Shown: in pieces, positions 62,529 through 64,000 of the stretch
Layout of the letters: the number at the start of each line of letters is the position of its first letter
Numbering within the stretch: the first letter of the stretch is position 1
From: an uncultured delta proteobacterium
Lineage (GTDB): Bacteria; Myxococcota; B64-G9
Direction: 5' to 3'
Assembly (NCBI GenBank): GCA_963754925.1
Contig: CAVWHX010000003.1
Span: forward strand, 64,001-128,000
Length of the DNA: 64,000 bases
Translations under genes and position numbers: made by a program
Notes under the pieces: generated by a model
Databases searched by the model: none
Told to the model about the DNA's origin: nothing
The model's input: only the letters and a program-made list of their open reading frames with translations

Positions 62529-64000
62529 ATGCAGTCAAATTTAAACCACACCCTGGAACTGGTGGGCAAAGAAAAAGGGATCGATAAGGAAATCCTGGTC
62601 GAGGCCCTCGAAGCTGCCATGCTCACCGCGGCGAAGAAAAAATACGGCCAGGATCGCGATCTCGAAGTGCACTACAACGAGGAGGCCGGCGAGGTCGAGA
62701 TCTTCGAATTTCGCACGGTCGTCGAAGTGGTCGCTAACCCGGAGCACGAGATCACCTTGGCAGAAGCTCTCCAGCTCGATCCTGAGGCGACGCTGAACGA
62801 TTCGCTGGGAATCAAGCTGGACAACTCCGATCTCGGACGCATCGCCGCGCAAACCGCCAAGCAGGTGCTCATCCAAAAGGTCCGCGAGGCCGACCACGCC
62901 ATTGTGTACGAGGAGTACAAGGATCGCAAAGGCGAGTTGGTTACCGGCATCGTCCGGCGTTTTGAGCGCGGCAATATTATCGTCGATCTCGGGCGTGCCG
63001 AGGCGATCCTTCCGGTGCGCGAGCAAGTGCCGCGCGAAACGTACCGCGCCGGTGATCGCATCCAGGCGTACGTGATCGATGTCCAACCCGAAGCCAAGGG
63101 CCCGCAGATCGTGCTCTCGCGCACCAGCCCCGGTCTACTGGTAAAGCTCTTCGAAATGGAAGTTCCCGAAATCGACGAGGGCATCGTGACGATCGAGGCG
63201 GCCTCCCGCGAGCCGGGGGCGCGCTCTAAGATCGCGGTCTCCTCGCGCGATCCCGATGTCGACCCGGTGGGCGCCTGCGTGGGCATGAAAGGCTCCCGGG
63301 TTCAGGCGGTGGTGCAGGAACTGCGCGGCGAAAAGATCGACATCGTGCCCTACAGCCAGGATCCGGCCACGTTCGTGTGCAACGCGCTCGCTCCGGCCGA
63401 GGTCTCGCGCGTGATCATCAACGAGGACACGCATTCGATGGAGATCATCGTACCCGACGACCAGCTCTCGCTGGGCATTGGCCGCAAGGGACAGAACGTT
63501 CGGCTGGCGGACAAATTAACGGGCTGGAAGCTCGATATCAATAGCGAGTCCCGTGTCGCGGAAATGTGGAAAAACGCCATGGAGTCGCTCGGTAAGATCG
63601 AGGGCGTAAGCGAAATCATGATCGATACGCTCTACAAATACGGCTTCCGTTCTGCCCGCGACATTATGATGTCCGAGATCGAGAAACTTATCGAAGTCCC
63701 CGGGGTCGGCGATAAAGTCGCCGAGAAGCTCCAACGCTCGGCGGCCAAGGTGGTCTCCGACGAGGAGCAGCAATTGCGTGCCGAGGCGGATGCGCGCAAG
63801 CAATCAGTGGTTGCTTCAAACCTGGGACTGACGGGCGAGCGACAACGTTTTCTGCAGATTCGCGGCATCGGCGACAAGACTATCGATCAGCTGGAGGCGG
63901 GCGGTTACTACACTATCGAGCAGGTGAGCAGCGAAGCGAATGTGGTCAAGCTCGGCGAGGTGACCGGTATCGGCATCAAGAAGGCGCGCCAGATCAAGCA
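62529..64000 (+). CDS. nusA: Transcription termination factor NusA (3' end outside window)
   Basis: Absent from the ORF track because no stop lies in the window. Manual translation [21 protein letters not shown]...[11 protein letters not shown]...[11 protein letters not shown]...[15 protein letters not shown]...[10 protein letters not shown]. Confidence 0.97.
   Translation, partial: MQSNLNHTLELVGKEKGIDKEILVEALEAAMLTAAKKKYGQDRDLEVHYNEEAGEVEIFEFRTVVEVVANPEHEITLAEALQLDPEATLNDSLGIKLDNSDLGRIAAQTAKQVLIQKVREADHAIVYEEYKDRKGELVTGIVRRFERGNIIVDLGRAEAILPVREQVPRETYRAGDRIQAYVIDVQPEAKGPQIVLSRTSPGLLVKLFEMEVPEIDEGIVTIEAASREPGARSKIAVSSRDPDVDPVGACVGMKGSRVQAVVQELRGEKIDIVPYSQDPATFVCNALAPAEVSRVIINEDTHSMEIIVPDDQLSLGIGRKGQNVRLADKLTGWKLDINSESRVAEMWKNAMESLGKIEGVSEIMIDTLYKYGFRSARDIMMSEIEKLIEVPGVGDKVAEKLQRSAAKVVSDEEQQLRAEADARKQSVVASNLGLTGERQRFLQIRGIGDKTIDQLEAGGYYTIEQVSSEANVVKLGEVTGIGIKKARQIK

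Noticed and set aside
62541..63877. Several minus-strand ORFs (181, 204, 99 aa, etc.) in the ORF track
   Set aside because: Antisense shadows of nusA, which is missing from the track only because its stop lies outside the window.

Overview
Window from a GC-rich deltaproteobacterial genome, probably Myxococcota-like. That assignment is inferred from the mutS-amidase-xerD and cmk-ispH-rpsA-ihfB gene orders, a short DnaK paralogue, a DUF2378-like gene and an ECF/FecR-TPR module. Core blocks alternate with accessory ones. The accessory and metabolic blocks are: a glyoxylate-cycle cluster (aconitase, citrate synthase, ACT-malic enzyme, aceB, aceA); a DnaK/J-TPR/CvpA triplet; an ECF sigma / FecR-TPR / small beta-barrel / glycanase cluster; an ADH-gabD-fumC-sdhAB operon with no membrane anchor; a RHH-RelE/ParE toxin-antitoxin pair; paired acyl-CoA dehydrogenases; and an EmrAB-type pump. 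The window ends with gltX, tRNA-Gln(CTG), rimP and a truncated nusA. At least ten genes, including essential gltX, carry small indels, mostly in short homopolymers, which points to uncorrected long-read errors rather than real pseudogenes. Several true gene remnants (SDR, HTH antidote, MBL, SRPBCC) sit in intergenic gaps. The best candidate for an under-described system is the ECF cluster at 13.0-19.7 kb. It lacks a TonB-dependent transducer, has a small beta-barrel instead, and the same bipartite motif (TGATCCCA-N15/16-CACTATT) lies upstream of both the sigma gene and the GH114 glycanase. No CRISPR array, rRNA or intact transposase was seen. All calls come from reading the sequence and ORF translations; no searches were run.
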